A DNA stretch of 62,597 nucleotides from an uncultured Roseivirgaceae bacterium. Lineage in GTDB: Bacteria > Bacteroidota > Bacteroidia > Cytophagales > Cyclobacteriaceae. Location of the stretch: assembly GCA_964645995.1 (NCBI GenBank), contig CAZYDB010000001.1, positions 1 to 62,597 of the forward strand. Reading direction: 5' to 3'. This document shows, piece after piece, positions 50,910-62,597 of the stretch. The notes beneath the pieces are model-generated. The model searched no databases and was not told the origin of the DNA. It saw only the letters and a list, made by a program, of their open reading frames with translations. How positions within the stretch are numbered: the first letter of the stretch is position 1; every line of letters begins with the position of its first letter. Both the position numbers and the translations under genes were made by a program.

Positions 50910-51239
50910 TCAGGCTTCCCCGACAGTACCGCCGAAATTGATTGGAAATTTTGGTGCCTCATCAGTCTTTTTTATCGGACCGAAATTCTCCTCATACTTC
51001 CTGATATTATCAATGAGGGCATTGGAGAGCCTTTTGGCATGTTCTGGTGTGATCACAATCCGTGATTTCACTTTTGCCTTAGGTACTCCGGGCATCAACC
51101 TGATAAAATCGATCACAAATTCACTGTTTGAATGAGCGATCATGGCCAGATTGGAATAAATCCCTTCGGCTATATCTTCAGACAATTCTATATTGATCTG
51201 GTTTTGAGGCCTTTTTTCCTCTTTCTTATTATCTTCCAT
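50910..51239 (-). CDS. DUF3467 domain-containing protein
   Basis: 109 aa with GIYSNLAMIAHSNSEFVIDF and ITPEHAKRL, matching my recollection of DUF3467. Starts 8 nt after the rpoC stop. Confidence 0.75.
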   Translation of the reverse strand: MEDNKKEEKRPQNQINIELSEDIAEGIYSNLAMIAHSNSEFVIDFIRLMPGVPKAKVKSRIVITPEHAKRLSNALIDNIRKYEENFGPIKKTDEAPKFPINFGGTVGEA

Positions 51240-51247
51240 GATCTTTT

Positions 51248-54200
51248 TTAGTATTGTGGTTCCCTGTTTTTGATAAATTCTTCCTTAGACTCAATCAGTT
51301 GCTCATATTCCTCTTTGGAGGAAACGATCAGGTTACTGTATTCCCTCAATCCCGTTCCGGCAGGGATCAGGTGACCGACAATAACATTCTCTTTGAGGCC
51401 GATCAGGTCATCACGCTTACCGCGGATAGAAGCTTCGCTGAGCACCTTTGTCGTCTCCTGGAAGGAGGCGGCTGAAAGCACACTCTGGGTTCCGAGTGAT
51501 GCCTGAGTGATCCCCTGCAGGGCGGGCATGGAGACGGCAGCCATAGCATCGCGGACGACTGCGATTTTCAGGTCACGCCGTTTCAGGCTTGAATTCTCAT
51601 CCCGCAATCTTCTTGCTGAAATGATCTGTCCTGCTTTTAATACTTCGGAATCATTAGGCTCAACAACTACTTTTTTGTCCAGGATCATATCATTTTCCTC
51701 CCTGAATTGCCATTTATCAACAACCTGTCCCGGCAGGAAGCTGGTATCGCCGGGTTCTATGATCACGACTTTCTGCATCATCTGACGAACAATAATCTCG
51801 ATATGTTTATCATTGATCTTTACCCCCTGCAGGCGGTAAACTTCCTGGATCTCATTTACAAGATACTCCTGTACGGCTGTCGGTCCTTTGATAGCCAAAA
51901 TATCCGAGGGAGTAATAGCGCCATCAGACAGGGGTGACCCTGCCTTAACAAAATCATTATCTTGTACAAGGATATGTTTTGACAATGGCACCAGGTACCT
52001 TTTCTTAACACCATCCTTCGACTCTATAAATATCTCCCTGTTTCCTCTCTTTATAGTCCCATAAGAAACAATACCATCAATCTCGCTGACGACGGCAGGA
52101 TTTGACGGATTACGTGCTTCAAAAAGCTCGGTCACTCTTGGCAGACCTCCTGTGATATCCCTCGTTTTACCTATCTGACGTGGTATCTTACAAAGGATCT
52201 GTCCGGCCTTGATCGATTCGCCTTCATCAACGGCGAGGTGAGCACCAACAGGAATATTATAGGATTTTTCTTCTTTGGAAGATTTAACATTAATTGCCGG
52301 GTTTTTCGTCTTATCCCGGCTATCGACAATAACTTTTTCCTTATGTCCTGTCTGTTCGTCCGATTCATCCTTATAGGTTATGCCTTCTTCAATGAATTCA
52401 TAACTCACTTTACCATCAATTTCAGAGAGTATAACCGCATTATAGGGATCCCAGAAACATAGTTGATCACCCTTGCTCACCTTATCGCCATTTTTCACGT
52501 TAAGGAATGCCCCGTATGGCACATGGTTACTGATAAGCTGCTTCCCTGATTTTTCTTCGATGATCCTGATCTCACCGGTACGGCCCATTACCACATCAAC
52601 TTTTTCGCCATCAGTATTCTGAGTGGTTTTATGACGTACCTCTTCAAACTCAACGATACCGTCAAATTTGGCATTTATCCTTGCTTCAACGGCGATATTG
52701 GCTGCCGTACCCCCCACATGAAAGGTTCTCAATGTTAGCTGAGTACCAGGTTCGCCAATTGACTGGGCGGCGATTACCCCCACAGCCTCTCCACGCTGAA
52801 CCATATAGCCTGTTGACAGGTTACGCCCATAACATTTGCCACAGATCCCCTGTCTTGTTTCACAGGTCAATACAGAGCGGATCTCAACCTCTTCGATACC
52901 GGCATCTTCAATTTTATAAGCGATCTCTTCGGTTATTTCCTCACCCGTCCTGACAATGAGTTCCTCGGTTACCGGATGATAGATATCATGTACCGATACC
53001 CGGCCAAGGATCCTTTCAGACAAGGGTTCAACAATATCTTCATTATCTTTGAGGGCTGTAACGGCAAGTCCTCTCAACGTTCCACAATCTTCTTCATTAA
53101 CAACCACATCCTGTGCGACATCAACCAGACGGCGGGTTAAGTACCCTGCATCGGCTGTTTTCAAAGCAGTGTCGGCCAGTCCTTTTCGGGCTCCGTGTGT
53201 TGATATAAAATATTCAATAACATCAAGACCTTCCTTGAAATTAGAAAGGATCGGGTTTTCAATGATAGCGCCAACGGAACCCAGCACATTCTTCTGAGGT
53301 TTTGCCATAAGCCCCCTCATACCTCCAAGCTGACGGATCTGTTCCCTTGATCCCCGCGCTCCTGAGTGCATCATCATATATATGCTGTTAAAACCGCCCT
53401 GATCTTCTTCGAGTTCCCGCATCAGCGTATTGGTAAGCTGCGAGTTGATCCGGGTCCAGATATCAATCACTTGGTTATAACGCTCATTATCGGTGATCAG
53501 TCCCATCAGGTAATTATTCCAGACCCCCTCCACTTCTTCTTTCGCCTCAACAATCAGACTGTTTTTGGTAGAGGGTATTTTAATATCATCTAATCCAATT
53601 GAAAGTCCGCCTTTATAAGCCATCTGGAATCCAAGTTCCTTAATGTCATCGAGGAATTGTGCGGTTTTGGCCACACCACAAATCTTATACACATCGGAAA
53701 TGATCTTCTGAAGTTTTTTCTTTGTTAAGAGTTCATTAACAAACCCGGCTTCTTCCGGAACATATTGATTAAAGATCACCCTTCCGGCGACCGTATCGAT
53801 CATTTTACATTCCAGTTCGCCGTTTTCCTGCCGAACTTTTGCTCTCATCTTAATGTGAGCGTGTTTTGATAGGCGGCCTTCGTTAATGGCCATTATCACT
53901 TCTACATTACTATAGAAAGTCATCCCTTCCCCGAGCTCCGGCTTCTTCTCAATACCCTTTCTTCCTTTGGTCACGTAATAAAGACCGAGTACCATATCCT
54001 GTGACGGTACAGCAATAGGCGCACCGTTGGCTGGGTTGAGTATATTATGGGATGAAAGCATCAATAAGGATGCCTCCAGGATAGCCTCAGGCCCAAGGGG
54101 TACATGAACAGCCATCTGGTCGCCGTCAAAGTCGGCATTAAATGCCGTACAGGACAGGGGATGAAGCTGAATCGCCTTTCCTTCTATTAATTTAGGCTGA

Positions 54201-55552
54201 AAAGCCTGAATACCCAACCGGTGAAGCGTAGGAGCCCGGTTCAGCATTACCGGATGCCCTTTGAGGACATTTTCAAGAATATCCCAGATAACAGGATCTT
54301 TGCGATCTACTATCTTTTTAGCTGATTTAACCGTTTTAACAATTCCCCGCTCAATCAGTTTCCTTATAACAAAAGGTTTAAATAACTCGGCAGCCATATG
54401 TTTTGGCAATCCGCATTCATGCATTTTCAGCTCAGGTCCAACAACAATCACGGAGCGGCCGGAATAGTCAACCCGCTTGCCCAGCAAATTCTGTCGAAAA
54501 CGTCCCTGCTTCCCTTTCAGCATATCACTTAAGGATTTCAGGGCCCGGTTACCATCGGAACGTACGGCATTTACTTTTCTTGAGTTATCAAAAAGTGAAT
54601 CTACTGCTTCCTGGAGCATTCTTTTCTCATTTCTGAGGATCACTTCAGGGGCTTTGATATCAATCAGTCTTTTCAATCGGTTATTCCTGATTATCACTCT
54701 GCGGTACAGGTCATTCAGGTCTGAGGTAGCGAACCTTCCGCCATCAAGCGGAACGAGGGGCCTCAATTCAGGCGGGATGACAGGCACCATCCGGATGATC
54801 ATCCATTCGGGCCGGTTCTCAATGCGTGTACGGGCTTCCCTGAAGGCCTCTACAACCTTAAGACGTTTTAAAGCTTCCGCTTTTCTCTGTTGGGAAGTAT
54901 CCGTTGCTGCCTGGTGGCGAAGACTATATGACTGATCGTCAAGGTCGATCCTTTTCAGCAGCATTTCAAGTGCCTCGGCACCCATTCTGGCGATGAACTT
55001 ATTAGGGTCGTCATCGTCCAGTACCTGGTTTTCACGAGGCAATTTATCCATTATATCAAGATATTCGTCTTCAGTAAGGAAATCCATGGTATTCAATCCA
55101 TCTTCTTCCTTGATACCGGGCTGCACCACCACATATCTTTCGTAATAAATGATCTGATCCAGTTTCTTGGTCGGCAGTCCCAGCAGATATCCGATCTTAT
55201 TTGGCAATGATCTGAAATACCAGATATGGGCAACAGGCACAACCAGTTCTATATGTCCCATTCGCTCCCGACGTACCTTCTTTTCCGTTACTTCCACGCC
55301 ACATCGATCACATATAATCCCTTTATACCTGATCCGTTTATATTTTCCACAATGGCATTCCCAATCCTTTACAGGGCCAAAAATTCTTTCGCAGAATAGG
55401 CCTCCCATTTCGGGCTTATAGGTCCTGTAATTAATAGTTTCGGGCTGAGTAACCTCACCATGAGAGCTCTCCAGGATTGATTCCGGGGAAGCAAGGCTTA
55501 TGGTTACTTTCGTAAAGTCACTTGTGATTTTTTTATTTTTTCTAAAAGCCAT
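51248..55552 (-). CDS. rpoC: DNA-directed RNA polymerase beta' subunit
   Basis: NADFDGDQM catalytic motif and an N-terminal zinc-binding CHCGKY...CDRCG. 1434 aa. Confidence 0.98.
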   Translation of the reverse strand: MAFRKNKKITSDFTKVTISLASPESILESSHGEVTQPETINYRTYKPEMGGLFCERIFGPVKDWECHCGKYKRIRYKGIICDRCGVEVTEKKVRRERMGHIELVVPVAHIWYFRSLPNKIGYLLGLPTKKLDQIIYYERYVVVQPGIKEEDGLNTMDFLTEDEYLDIMDKLPRENQVLDDDDPNKFIARMGAEALEMLLKRIDLDDQSYSLRHQAATDTSQQRKAEALKRLKVVEAFREARTRIENRPEWMIIRMVPVIPPELRPLVPLDGGRFATSDLNDLYRRVIIRNNRLKRLIDIKAPEVILRNEKRMLQEAVDSLFDNSRKVNAVRSDGNRALKSLSDMLKGKQGRFRQNLLGKRVDYSGRSVIVVGPELKMHECGLPKHMAAELFKPFVIRKLIERGIVKTVKSAKKIVDRKDPVIWDILENVLKGHPVMLNRAPTLHRLGIQAFQPKLIEGKAIQLHPLSCTAFNADFDGDQMAVHVPLGPEAILEASLLMLSSHNILNPANGAPIAVPSQDMVLGLYYVTKGRKGIEKKPELGEGMTFYSNVEVIMAINEGRLSKHAHIKMRAKVRQENGELECKMIDTVAGRVIFNQYVPEEAGFVNELLTKKKLQKIISDVYKICGVAKTAQFLDDIKELGFQMAYKGGLSIGLDDIKIPSTKNSLIVEAKEEVEGVWNNYLMGLITDNERYNQVIDIWTRINSQLTNTLMRELEEDQGGFNSIYMMMHSGARGSREQIRQLGGMRGLMAKPQKNVLGSVGAIIENPILSNFKEGLDVIEYFISTHGARKGLADTALKTADAGYLTRRLVDVAQDVVVNEEDCGTLRGLAVTALKDNEDIVEPLSERILGRVSVHDIYHPVTEELIVRTGEEITEEIAYKIEDAGIEEVEIRSVLTCETRQGICGKCYGRNLSTGYMVQRGEAVGVIAAQSIGEPGTQLTLRTFHVGGTAANIAVEARINAKFDGIVEFEEVRHKTTQNTDGEKVDVVMGRTGEIRIIEEKSGKQLISNHVPYGAFLNVKNGDKVSKGDQLCFWDPYNAVILSEIDGKVSYEFIEEGITYKDESDEQTGHKEKVIVDSRDKTKNPAINVKSSKEEKSYNIPVGAHLAVDEGESIKAGQILCKIPRQIGKTRDITGGLPRVTELFEARNPSNPAVVSEIDGIVSYGTIKRGNREIFIESKDGVKKRYLVPLSKHILVQDNDFVKAGSPLSDGAITPSDILAIKGPTAVQEYLVNEIQEVYRLQGVKINDKHIEIIVRQMMQKVVIIEPGDTSFLPGQVVDKWQFREENDMILDKKVVVEPNDSEVLKAGQIISARRLRDENSSLKRRDLKIAVVRDAMAAVSMPALQGITQASLGTQSVLSAASFQETTKVLSEASIRGKRDDLIGLKENVIVGHLIPAGTGLREYSNLIVSSKEEYEQLIESKEEFIKNREPQY

Positions 55553-55589
55553 ATTGGATAAAATGAATTTTCAAAACAAAGTTTTTACG

Positions 55590-58500
55590 TTATTCCGTAG
55601 TAATTTCAAGCGCAAGGCCTCTCAATTCATGAACCAGCACATTGAAAGATTCGGGAACATTGGGTTTATGCATATTTTCCCCTTTCACAATTGATTCATA
55701 GATCTTGGCTCTCCCAACAACATCATCCGACTTGACAGTCAGCATTTCCTGAAGCACATTAGCAGCGCCAAAGGCCTCCAGCGCCCATACTTCCATTTCT
55801 CCAAAACGTTGTCCGCCAAACTGAGCTTTACCACCAAGGGGCTGTTGTGTGATCAGAGAATAAGGACCAATTGACCGGGCATGCATCTTATCATCAACAA
55901 GATGGCCCAGTTTCAGGATATAGATCATTCCAACGGTAACGGGTTGATCAAACCGGTCGCCAGTCAATCCATCAAAGAGATACGTTCTGCCAACTTCAGG
56001 GAGTTTGGCATCCTTAAGCTCCTTCATTACGTCTTCGATTTTTGCCCCATCAAAGATCGGCGTACTGTACTTTTTACCTAATTTATGGCCCGCCCAACCC
56101 AAAACGGTTTCATAGATCTGCCCCAGGTTCATCCTGGAAGGCACACCTAATGGGTTAAGGACCAAATCCACGGGTGTTCCATCCTCAAGGAAAGGCATAT
56201 CTTCTTCCCTGACGATCTTGGCAACAACACCTTTATTTCCATGACGCCCGGCCATTTTATCTCCAACTTTCAGTTTTCGTTTTTTAGCCACATAAACCTT
56301 GGCTAACTGAACGATCCCTGCGGGAAGTTCGTCCCCTACTTCCAGGGTAAATCTTTCGCGTTTGAATTTGCCTGCGATCTCATTTCTTCGTTTATTATAA
56401 TTCTTGACAAGGATTTCAATCAATTGATTCACCCGTTCATCATCAGTCCAGTTATCAAGCAGCAGATCCGAAATAAGATTAACTTCTTCCGGAACATTAT
56501 AAGTGCTTTCATCACGGTAGATGTTCTTCTCCGGGAATAAATTGGCTTCAATATTTTTGCGGTTGAATTTTACACCGCCGGGAAAAACTTCATCGCCAAA
56601 TTTATGCTTCACACCTTTTGATGTTTTTCCATCAAGCAGGAGTGATAGTTTTCCAATCACCTGATCACGTAAGACAAGCATTTCCTTGCTGTAATTGTTT
56701 TTCAGAGCGTCAACATCTTTTTTGGATTTGGCCCTGAGTTCCTTGTCTTTTTTAGGTCGCGCAAACAACTTTGTCTCAATCACAACACCTTCAAGTGATG
56801 GCGAGGCCCGCATTGAAGCATCTTTGACATCACCCGCCTTATCACCGAAAATTGCTCTCAGAAGTTTTTCTTCCGGTGTCGGATCGGTCTCACCCTTAGG
56901 TGTGATCTTGCCAACAAGTATATCACCCTCATTCACTTCGGCTCCTATTCTGACGATCCCGTTTTCATCGAGGTTCTTCACAGCCTCTTCGCTAACATTG
57001 GGGATCTCCGAAGTAAGTTCTTCTTCCCCCCGTTTGGTATCCCTCACCTCCAGCTCAAATTCTTCGATGTGAATAGAAGTAAAGATATCATTCCTTACAA
57101 TCCTTTCAGAAATGACGATAGCATCCTCGAAATTGTAACCCTGCCAGGGCATGAAAGCCACCATCAGGTTCCTGCCAAGGGCCAGTTCACCTCCCTGAGT
57201 AGCATAGCCCTCACAGAGGATCTGCCCTTTCTTAATTTTCTGTCCTTTAAAGACGATCGGATTAAGGTTTATACAGGTATCCTGGTTGGTACGTCTGAAT
57301 TTCGTGAGATGATAGGTCTTAACCTCATCATCAAAGGTAATGATCGATTCATCCTTGGTAAGGTCGTAACGGATGACTATTTTGGTAGCATCTACGAAGT
57401 CGACTACACCATCTGCCTCTGCCGTAAACAAAGCTCTTGAATCCCTTGCCACCCTGCCTTCAAGACCGGTTCCCACGATGGGTGCTTCGGGCTTCATCAG
57501 GGGTACAGCCTGCCGCTGCATATTGGATCCCATCAACGCCCTGTTGGCATCATCATGCTCAAGGAACGGGATCAGGGAAGCGGCAACAGACACGATCTGA
57601 TTAGGAGCAATATCCATGAAGGTCACCTGATCGCGGTCGACCAGGGGATAATCCCCCTCAAACCTTGCCTTAACTTTATCATTAACAAAATTGCCTTTGT
57701 TGTCCAGAGGAGCATTTGCCTGGGCGATGTAATACGTATCTTCTTCCTCCGCCGTAAGGTATTTGACATCCTCACTCATTGAGACCAATCCATTCTCTGC
57801 TTCACGGTAGGGCGTTTCAATGAATCCCATTTTATTGACTTTGGCATGTACACAAAGTGAAGAGATCAGTCCTATATTAGGTCCTTCCGGTGTCTCGATC
57901 GTACACAATCGCCCATAATGCGTATAGTGGACGTCCCTGACCTCAAACCCCGCCCTTTCTCTTGAGAGGCCGCCGGGCCCGAGTGCGGACATCCGCCGTT
58001 TATGTGTTATTTCGGCCAGGGGGTTAGTCTGATCCATAAACTGAGAGAGCTGATTCGTTCCAAAAAAGGAATTGATCACTGACGACAATGTTCTTGCATT
58101 GATCAGGTCGACCGGTTTGAAATCTTCATTATCCCGGACGTTCATCCTTTCTTTTATAGTTCGTGCCATTCTGGCAAGACCAACACCAAATTGTTGATAA
58201 AGCTGTTCGCCTACGGTCCTTACCCTTCTGTTGCTCAGGTGATCAATATCGTCGACCACGGCTTTGGAGTTGACTAAGCCAATCAGGTATTTAACGATAA
58301 GTACAATATCTTCGGTGGTAAGGACACGCTTATCAAAATCAATATCGACGCTCAGTTTTTTATTGATCCGGTACCGTCCTACTTCACCAAGGTCATATCT
58401 TTTATCACTGAAAAAGAGACTTTGGATGATATCACGAGCGGTCTGTTCATCAGGGGCTTCGGTATTTCTCAACTGACGATAGATCTGTTCTACCGCTTCT

Positions 58501-59495
58501 TTTTCTGAGTTCGAATTGTCCTTCTGAAGTGTATTATATATTATGGAATAGTCGGTTATATTAACTTCTTCTCTATGAAGGATAACTGATTTAGCAGACG
58601 AATCAATAATGGTATTAATATCTTCTTCAGTCAAAACGGAGTCCCGTTCCAACAATACTTCATTCCTGTCGATCGAAACAACCTCCCCGGTATCTTCATC
58701 CACAAAATCCTCAATCCAGGTTTTGAGAACCCTGGCAGCCAGTTTACGACCCACACATTTCTTCAGAACTGCTTTTTCAGCCGGAACTTCTTCAGAAAGC
58801 CCAAACAGGTCCAGGATATCCTTATCAGATCCATATCCTATCGCCCGCAACAAGGTAGTCACAGGAAATTTCTTTTTCCGGTCGATATACGCATACATCA
58901 CAGAATTCACATCTGTCGCAAACTCAATCCATGAGCCCTTGAAGGGAATGATCCTGGCCGAATAGAGTTTTGTTCCATTCGTATGCATACTCTGGGCAAA
59001 GAAAACACCAGGTGACCGGTGTAATTGTGAAACGATCACCCTTTCGGCCCCATTGATCACAAACGATCCGTTGTCCGTCATATATGGGATATTGCCCAGG
59101 AACACTTCCTGTTCGATAGTTTCAAAATCTTCGTTATCCTCATCGTTACAGGAAAGCCTGAGTTTAGCTTTAAGGGGAACAGAATAGGTCAATCCGCGAT
59201 CAACGCATTCCTCGACAGTGTATTTCGGTGGATCAACCATGTAATCCACAAATTCCAATACATAATTTTCCCTTGAGTCGGTAATGGGGAAATTCTCGGA
59301 AAATACCTTAAATAACCCTTCCTGGGTTCTTTTCTCAGGCGGTGTGTCCAGCTGAAAAAAATCTTTAAAGGATTGTAATTGCACATCGAGAAAATCCGGG
59401 TAATCAATTACCGTTTTAATCTGAGAGAAATTTTTCCTTTCGGTTTGATTAACTATAGCCAAGGTTAAAATTTGTTTTAAGATGTCAACAAACAA
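55590..59495 (-). CDS. rpoB: DNA-directed RNA polymerase beta subunit (start uncertain: TTG at 59495 or TTG at 59462)
   Basis: Full-length RpoB sequence ([24 protein letters not shown]). No ATG or GTG lies near the N-terminus. My recollection of Bacteroides RpoB (MSSNT.NQRVNF) favours the TTG at 59462. Confidence 0.95.
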   Translation of the reverse strand: MFVDILKQILTLAIVNQTERKNFSQIKTVIDYPDFLDVQLQSFKDFFQLDTPPEKRTQEGLFKVFSENFPITDSRENYVLEFVDYMVDPPKYTVEECVDRGLTYSVPLKAKLRLSCNDEDNEDFETIEQEVFLGNIPYMTDNGSFVINGAERVIVSQLHRSPGVFFAQSMHTNGTKLYSARIIPFKGSWIEFATDVNSVMYAYIDRKKKFPVTTLLRAIGYGSDKDILDLFGLSEEVPAEKAVLKKCVGRKLAARVLKTWIEDFVDEDTGEVVSIDRNEVLLERDSVLTEEDINTIIDSSAKSVILHREEVNITDYSIIYNTLQKDNSNSEKEAVEQIYRQLRNTEAPDEQTARDIIQSLFFSDKRYDLGEVGRYRINKKLSVDIDFDKRVLTTEDIVLIVKYLIGLVNSKAVVDDIDHLSNRRVRTVGEQLYQQFGVGLARMARTIKERMNVRDNEDFKPVDLINARTLSSVINSFFGTNQLSQFMDQTNPLAEITHKRRMSALGPGGLSRERAGFEVRDVHYTHYGRLCTIETPEGPNIGLISSLCVHAKVNKMGFIETPYREAENGLVSMSEDVKYLTAEEEDTYYIAQANAPLDNKGNFVNDKVKARFEGDYPLVDRDQVTFMDIAPNQIVSVAASLIPFLEHDDANRALMGSNMQRQAVPLMKPEAPIVGTGLEGRVARDSRALFTAEADGVVDFVDATKIVIRYDLTKDESIITFDDEVKTYHLTKFRRTNQDTCINLNPIVFKGQKIKKGQILCEGYATQGGELALGRNLMVAFMPWQGYNFEDAIVISERIVRNDIFTSIHIEEFELEVRDTKRGEEELTSEIPNVSEEAVKNLDENGIVRIGAEVNEGDILVGKITPKGETDPTPEEKLLRAIFGDKAGDVKDASMRASPSLEGVVIETKLFARPKKDKELRAKSKKDVDALKNNYSKEMLVLRDQVIGKLSLLLDGKTSKGVKHKFGDEVFPGGVKFNRKNIEANLFPEKNIYRDESTYNVPEEVNLISDLLLDNWTDDERVNQLIEILVKNYNKRRNEIAGKFKRERFTLEVGDELPAGIVQLAKVYVAKKRKLKVGDKMAGRHGNKGVVAKIVREEDMPFLEDGTPVDLVLNPLGVPSRMNLGQIYETVLGWAGHKLGKKYSTPIFDGAKIEDVMKELKDAKLPEVGRTYLFDGLTGDRFDQPVTVGMIYILKLGHLVDDKMHARSIGPYSLITQQPLGGKAQFGGQRFGEMEVWALEAFGAANVLQEMLTVKSDDVVGRAKIYESIVKGENMHKPNVPESFNVLVHELRGLALEITTE

Positions 59496-59496
59496 A

Positions 59497-59504
59497 CAAA
59501 ACTA
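59497..59504 (-). promoter_or_regulatory. Weak candidate -7 box TAGTTTTG upstream of rpoB
   Basis: Plus-strand caaaacta abuts the TTG at 59495. No -33 element. Confidence 0.25.
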
Positions 59505-59607
59505 CAATCGCTTATTGTAGATTATATCTGAATAAATATGGTCAATGCTTTGATAAGCATAAACAGGAAAAGACCTGACTGGAAAAGCCAGGCCTGAAAT
59601 CAAATTC

Positions 59608-59631
59608 ACCATTTACTATATGATAAATGGT
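59608..59631 (-). terminator. AT-rich hairpin after rplL (possible partial terminator/attenuator before rpoB)
   Basis: 8-bp stem accattta/taaatggt. On the minus strand GAATTTGATTT follows. A second imperfect hairpin lies at 59574-59592, followed by TCTTTTCC. Confidence 0.35.
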
Positions 59632-59639
59632 CAATTCAA

Positions 59640-60023
59640 TTATTTTAACTCTACTTCTGCTCCGGCTTCTTCTAAAGACTTCTTAATACCTTCTGCTTCG
59701 TCTTTAGCAATACCTTCTTTTACTGGATTTGGAGCGCCATCAACTAAATCTTTTGCTTCTTTTAGACCTAATCCGGTCAATTCTTTAACGGTTTTCACAA
59801 CCTTAAGTTTTTGAGCACCGGCTGCTTTGAGGATGACATCAAATTCGGTTTTTTCCTCACCGGCATCACCTGCGGCATCACCTCCGGCTGCAGCAACAGC
59901 AACAGGTGCAGCAGCGGCTGCGGGTTCAATACCATATTCATCCTTTAAAATAGTAGCCAGTTCATTAACTTCTTTTACCGTAAGGTTAACTAACTGCTCA
60001 GCGAATGCTTTTAAATCTGCCAT
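59640..60023 (-). CDS. rplL: 50S ribosomal protein L7/L12
   Basis: Ala-rich hinge and a C-terminal domain with [20 protein letters not shown]. Confidence 0.97.
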   Translation of the reverse strand: MADLKAFAEQLVNLTVKEVNELATILKDEYGIEPAAAAAPVAVAAAGGDAAGDAGEEKTEFDVILKAAGAQKLKVVKTVKELTGLGLKEAKDLVDGAPNPVKEGIAKDEAEGIKKSLEEAGAEVELK

Positions 60024-60050
60024 TTTACCTAAATTAATTTTATGTTATAA

Positions 60051-60590
60051 TTATTCTTCTCTTTCTGATAATGTCTTAACTATGCCTGCCACTTTATGAG
60101 TGCTGCTTCCCTGAAGAGCAGATATCACATTTTTGGCTGGTGATTGGAGTAAGGCTATGATATCGCCAATCAATTCTTCTTTTGATTTTAGGCTGCTTAG
60201 GGCGTCCAGCTTATCGTTCCCAACGAAAAGATCGCTATCGATATAGGCACCTTTGAGTACTGGCCGTTCACCTTTCTTTTTCTTTCTGAACTCCTTTATA
60301 ACTTTTGCCGGAGAGTTGCCATTTTCATCGATAAATAGTATACCGGAGAAACCTTTAAATACGCCTCCATCCTCAAAAGCCTGAAAATCGCCATCTACCT
60401 GGTCCAGTGCTTTTTTGATCATTGTATTTTTAAATACCTTATATTCAATGCCTTTTGCAAAGCACATTTTCCGGAACTCATTCACTTCAGCGACAGATAA
60501 TCCTGAAGCATCGGTGATGTAGAAATAATTATTAGTACTGAATTTTTCTACCAGTTCCTCTATTACGTGAGCTTTTTCTTCTCGATTCAT
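60051..60590 (-). CDS. rplJ: 50S ribosomal protein L10
   Basis: 179 aa between rplA and rplL. L10-like N-terminus MNREEKAHVIEELVEKF. Confidence 0.95.
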   Translation of the reverse strand: MNREEKAHVIEELVEKFSTNNYFYITDASGLSVAEVNEFRKMCFAKGIEYKVFKNTMIKKALDQVDGDFQAFEDGGVFKGFSGILFIDENGNSPAKVIKEFRKKKKGERPVLKGAYIDSDLFVGNDKLDALSSLKSKEELIGDIIALLQSPAKNVISALQGSSTHKVAGIVKTLSEREE

Positions 60591-60595
60591 AACTA

Positions 60596-61294
60596 TTATA
60601 TTCCTGGAATGCTTTTTTTATCAATTGGAATACTCGGACTCATGGTACTGGATATATGGATACTGTGGAAATAAGCCCCTTTGGCGGAAGAAGGCTTCAG
60701 TTTAAGTATCGTTGTCAATATCTCTTCAGCGTTTTCCTTGATCTTGGTTGCGTCGAAAGAAATTTTTCCTATACTGGCATGAATGATTCCGAATTTATCA
60801 ACTTTGAAATCAATTTTACCTTGCTTCACTTCCATAACGGTTTTTCCAATATCCTGAGTAACCGTACCTGATTTAGGGTTGGGCATCAATCCTCTTGGGC
60901 CCAGCACCCTTCCCAATTTTCCGATTTTGGCCATTACGGCTGGCATGGTAATAATAACATCCATATCGAGCCAGCCATCTTCAATTTTTTTAATAAGATC
61001 GTCAAGTCCAACAAAGTCCGCTCCAGCGTCTTTTGCCTCCTGTTCTTTATCAGGTGTACACAACACGCAAACCGATACTTCTTTCCCAACGCCATGGGGT
61101 AGCGACACTACGCCTCTTACCATCTGGTCTGCTTTACGGGGATCTACTCCCAACCGTACATCTATATCAACAGAAGCATCAAAGCCGGAAAAGGTAACCT
61201 CTTTAAGCAAGGAAGAGGCATCCTGAAGAGAATACTCTTTCCCTACTTCGATCTTTTCTTTCGCCTGTTTTCTTTTCTTAGATAATTTAGCCAT
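60596..61294 (-). CDS. rplA: 50S ribosomal protein L1
   Basis: [16 protein letters not shown]...[16 protein letters not shown]. Confidence 0.97.
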   Translation of the reverse strand: MAKLSKKRKQAKEKIEVGKEYSLQDASSLLKEVTFSGFDASVDIDVRLGVDPRKADQMVRGVVSLPHGVGKEVSVCVLCTPDKEQEAKDAGADFVGLDDLIKKIEDGWLDMDVIITMPAVMAKIGKLGRVLGPRGLMPNPKSGTVTQDIGKTVMEVKQGKIDFKVDKFGIIHASIGKISFDATKIKENAEEILTTILKLKPSSAKGAYFHSIHISSTMSPSIPIDKKSIPGI

Positions 61295-61305
61295 TTCTAT
61301 TTTAA

Positions 61306-61749
61306 TTAATTATCCCATGGGGCTTTTCCTGTAACCCTGAGACCCATACTTCGGGCGGTACCCGCAACCATTTTCATTGCTGATTCAACCTTCATCGCGT
61401 TCAGGTCAGGCATTTTGGTCTCCGCGATCTTTTTAACCTGATCCCATGAAACTGTTCCTACCTTAACCCTGTTAGGTTCCGGGGAACCTTTTTTCAACTT
61501 GGAGGCTTCCATCAACAATACGGCAGCCGGTGGCGTTTTAACTACAAAGTCAAAAGATTTATCAGAGTAGATTGTAATCAGAACAGGGAGTAATTGTCCC
61601 ATCCGATCCTGTGTCCTGGCATTAAATTGTTTGCAAAACTCCATAATGTTAAGGCCCTTACTACCCAGAGCAGGCCCGACCGGAGGAGATGGATTTGCCT
61701 GTCCACCCCTGATCTGCATTTTCAAATATCCGCTTATCTCTTTAGCCAT
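61306..61749 (-). CDS. rplK: 50S ribosomal protein L11
   Basis: [15 protein letters not shown] motif. Confidence 0.97.
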   Translation of the reverse strand: MAKEISGYLKMQIRGGQANPSPPVGPALGSKGLNIMEFCKQFNARTQDRMGQLLPVLITIYSDKSFDFVVKTPPAAVLLMEASKLKKGSPEPNRVKVGTVSWDQVKKIAETKMPDLNAMKVESAMKMVAGTARSMGLRVTGKAPWDN

Positions 61750-61753
61750 TTTG

Positions 61754-62314
61754 CTAATCTTGTTTTTCTACTTGCATGTAATTCAACTCAACAGGTGTAT
61801 TCCTGCCGAATATCTTCACCATTACATTTAACTTTTTTCTTTCTTCAAAAACTTCTTCAACAGTACCTGTAAAACCACTGAAAGGGCCATCCATCACTTT
61901 AACGGTTTCGCCTACAATAAAAGGCTTATCCAGTTTCTCCTCCATGGTATCTATCTCATCAACTTTTCCGAGGATTCTGTTGATCTCGGATTGTCTTAAG
62001 GGCACCGGTGTCTTTGCCATTCCGCTGCCATTATCAGCACCAAGAAAACCAATCACCCCGGGAACACTTTTTACCACATGATACGCTTCGCCATGAGACA
62101 GGTCAGCGGAAATCAGCACGTAACCAGGGAAAAAATTCCTTTCCCTCACTCGCTTTTTTCCATTCCTCATTTCATAAACCTTCTCAGATGGGATCAGCAC
62201 CTGGGGGATGTATTCCTCCAACTTATTCCTTGCTATTTCATTCTCAAGGTAAGTTTTGATCTTTTTTTCCTGCCCACTTATCACCCTTAGAACGTACCAA
62301 TTATGCTCACCCAT
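61754..62314 (-). CDS. nusG: Transcription termination/antitermination factor NusG
   Basis: [16 protein letters not shown] domain and a C-terminal KOW ([18 protein letters not shown]). Confidence 0.96.
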   Translation of the reverse strand: MGEHNWYVLRVISGQEKKIKTYLENEIARNKLEEYIPQVLIPSEKVYEMRNGKKRVRERNFFPGYVLISADLSHGEAYHVVKSVPGVIGFLGADNGSGMAKTPVPLRQSEINRILGKVDEIDTMEEKLDKPFIVGETVKVMDGPFSGFTGTVEEVFEERKKLNVMVKIFGRNTPVELNYMQVEKQD

Positions 62315-62335
62315 CCGGAGTATCCTTTAATTTTT

Positions 62336-62527
62336 CTAAAATGCGCTATAATACCAAGTCAATACCTGATCAAACGCCAGATCGATTAATCCAATAACCA
62401 TGGCAAATATCAGGGAAGCCACCAGCACGAGAATTGAACTACTCTGCAAATCACTGTATTTAGGCCAGAAAACCTTATATCTTAATTCCTCGTACGACTC
62501 GATCAAATATTGTTTAACTTTCTTCAT
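62336..62527 (-). CDS. secE: Preprotein translocase subunit SecE
   Basis: 63 aa with a single C-terminal TM, between tRNA-Trp and nusG. Confidence 0.88.
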   Translation of the reverse strand: MKKVKQYLIESYEELRYKVFWPKYSDLQSSSILVLVASLIFAMVIGLIDLAFDQVLTWYYSAF

Positions 62528-62543
62528 TTTCCACTATTCTAAG

Positions 62544-62597
62544 CACGGGTGGAGAGACTCGAACTCCCAGCCAATGGTTTTGGAGACCACTACTCTA
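62544..62597 (-). tRNA. tRNA-Trp (anticodon CCA), 3' portion; 5' end beyond the window
   Basis: Reverse complement ...TAGAGTAGTGGTCTCCAAAACCATTGGCTGGGAGTTCGAGTCTCTCCACCCGTG has anticodon loop CTCCAAA and a T-arm GGGAGTTCGAGTCTCTC. Canonical position upstream of secE. Confidence 0.85.

Noticed and set aside
54477-57440. Several 120-150-aa plus-strand ORFs inside rpoC and rpoB (54477..54935, 56695..57072, 57069..57440)
   Set aside because: They are antisense to the RNAP subunits and are Ser/Leu/Pro-rich translations with no domain features.

Overview
This 62.6-kb window looks like core chromosome from a Bacteroidota organism, probably an anaerobic or microaerophilic Bacteroidia-like lineage at about 40% GC. 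That assignment rests on gene order, DUF3467 after rpoC, and TAnnTTTG-type -7 boxes. The right half (30.1-62.6 kb) is one uninterrupted minus-strand run: tRNA-Trp, secE, nusG, rplKAJL, rpoBC, DUF3467, rpsL-rpsG-fusA-rpsJ, rplC through rplQ (S10/spc/alpha r-protein clusters with secY, infA, rpmJ, rpoA), carA, eno and an ftsB-like gene. The left half holds housekeeping and metabolic genes. These are an M16 peptidase pair (one copy frameshifted), an M42 peptidase, a MOSC protein, SCO1 plus cytochrome c, and a Na+-translocating methylmalonyl-CoA decarboxylase operon (mmdADCB). It also holds a short AMP-nucleosidase-like protein, an SLC13 permease, an ExbB/ExbD cluster and tRNA-Ser(GGA). A tightly packed 7-gene minus-strand operon follows (GT2 synthase, 88-aa protein, orphan OppC-like permease, GAF-PP2C phosphatase, CE4 deacetylase, TatD, asparaginase). 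The remaining genes are ruvC, HIT, greA, a 1093-aa BNR/sortilin-like protein, Ppx/GppA and an Ldh2-family oxidoreductase. I found no CRISPR array, transposase, integrase, phage gene or recognisable defence or toxin system, and no convincing novel multi-gene system. The items most worth a second look are regulatory or structural. They are a promoter-proximal terminator-like hairpin in the greA leader; a terminator-plus-promoter break between rpsJ and rplC; an extended promoter core shared by three r-protein units; a long acidic tail on L17; the frameshifted M16 peptidase; and the GT2/CE4/PP2C/orphan-permease operon. Two genes are absent from the ORF track and were added by hand: rpmJ at 36824-36940 and the truncated M16 gene at 1-1386. 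All functional calls come from reading the translated ORFs against remembered family motifs; no database search was run.
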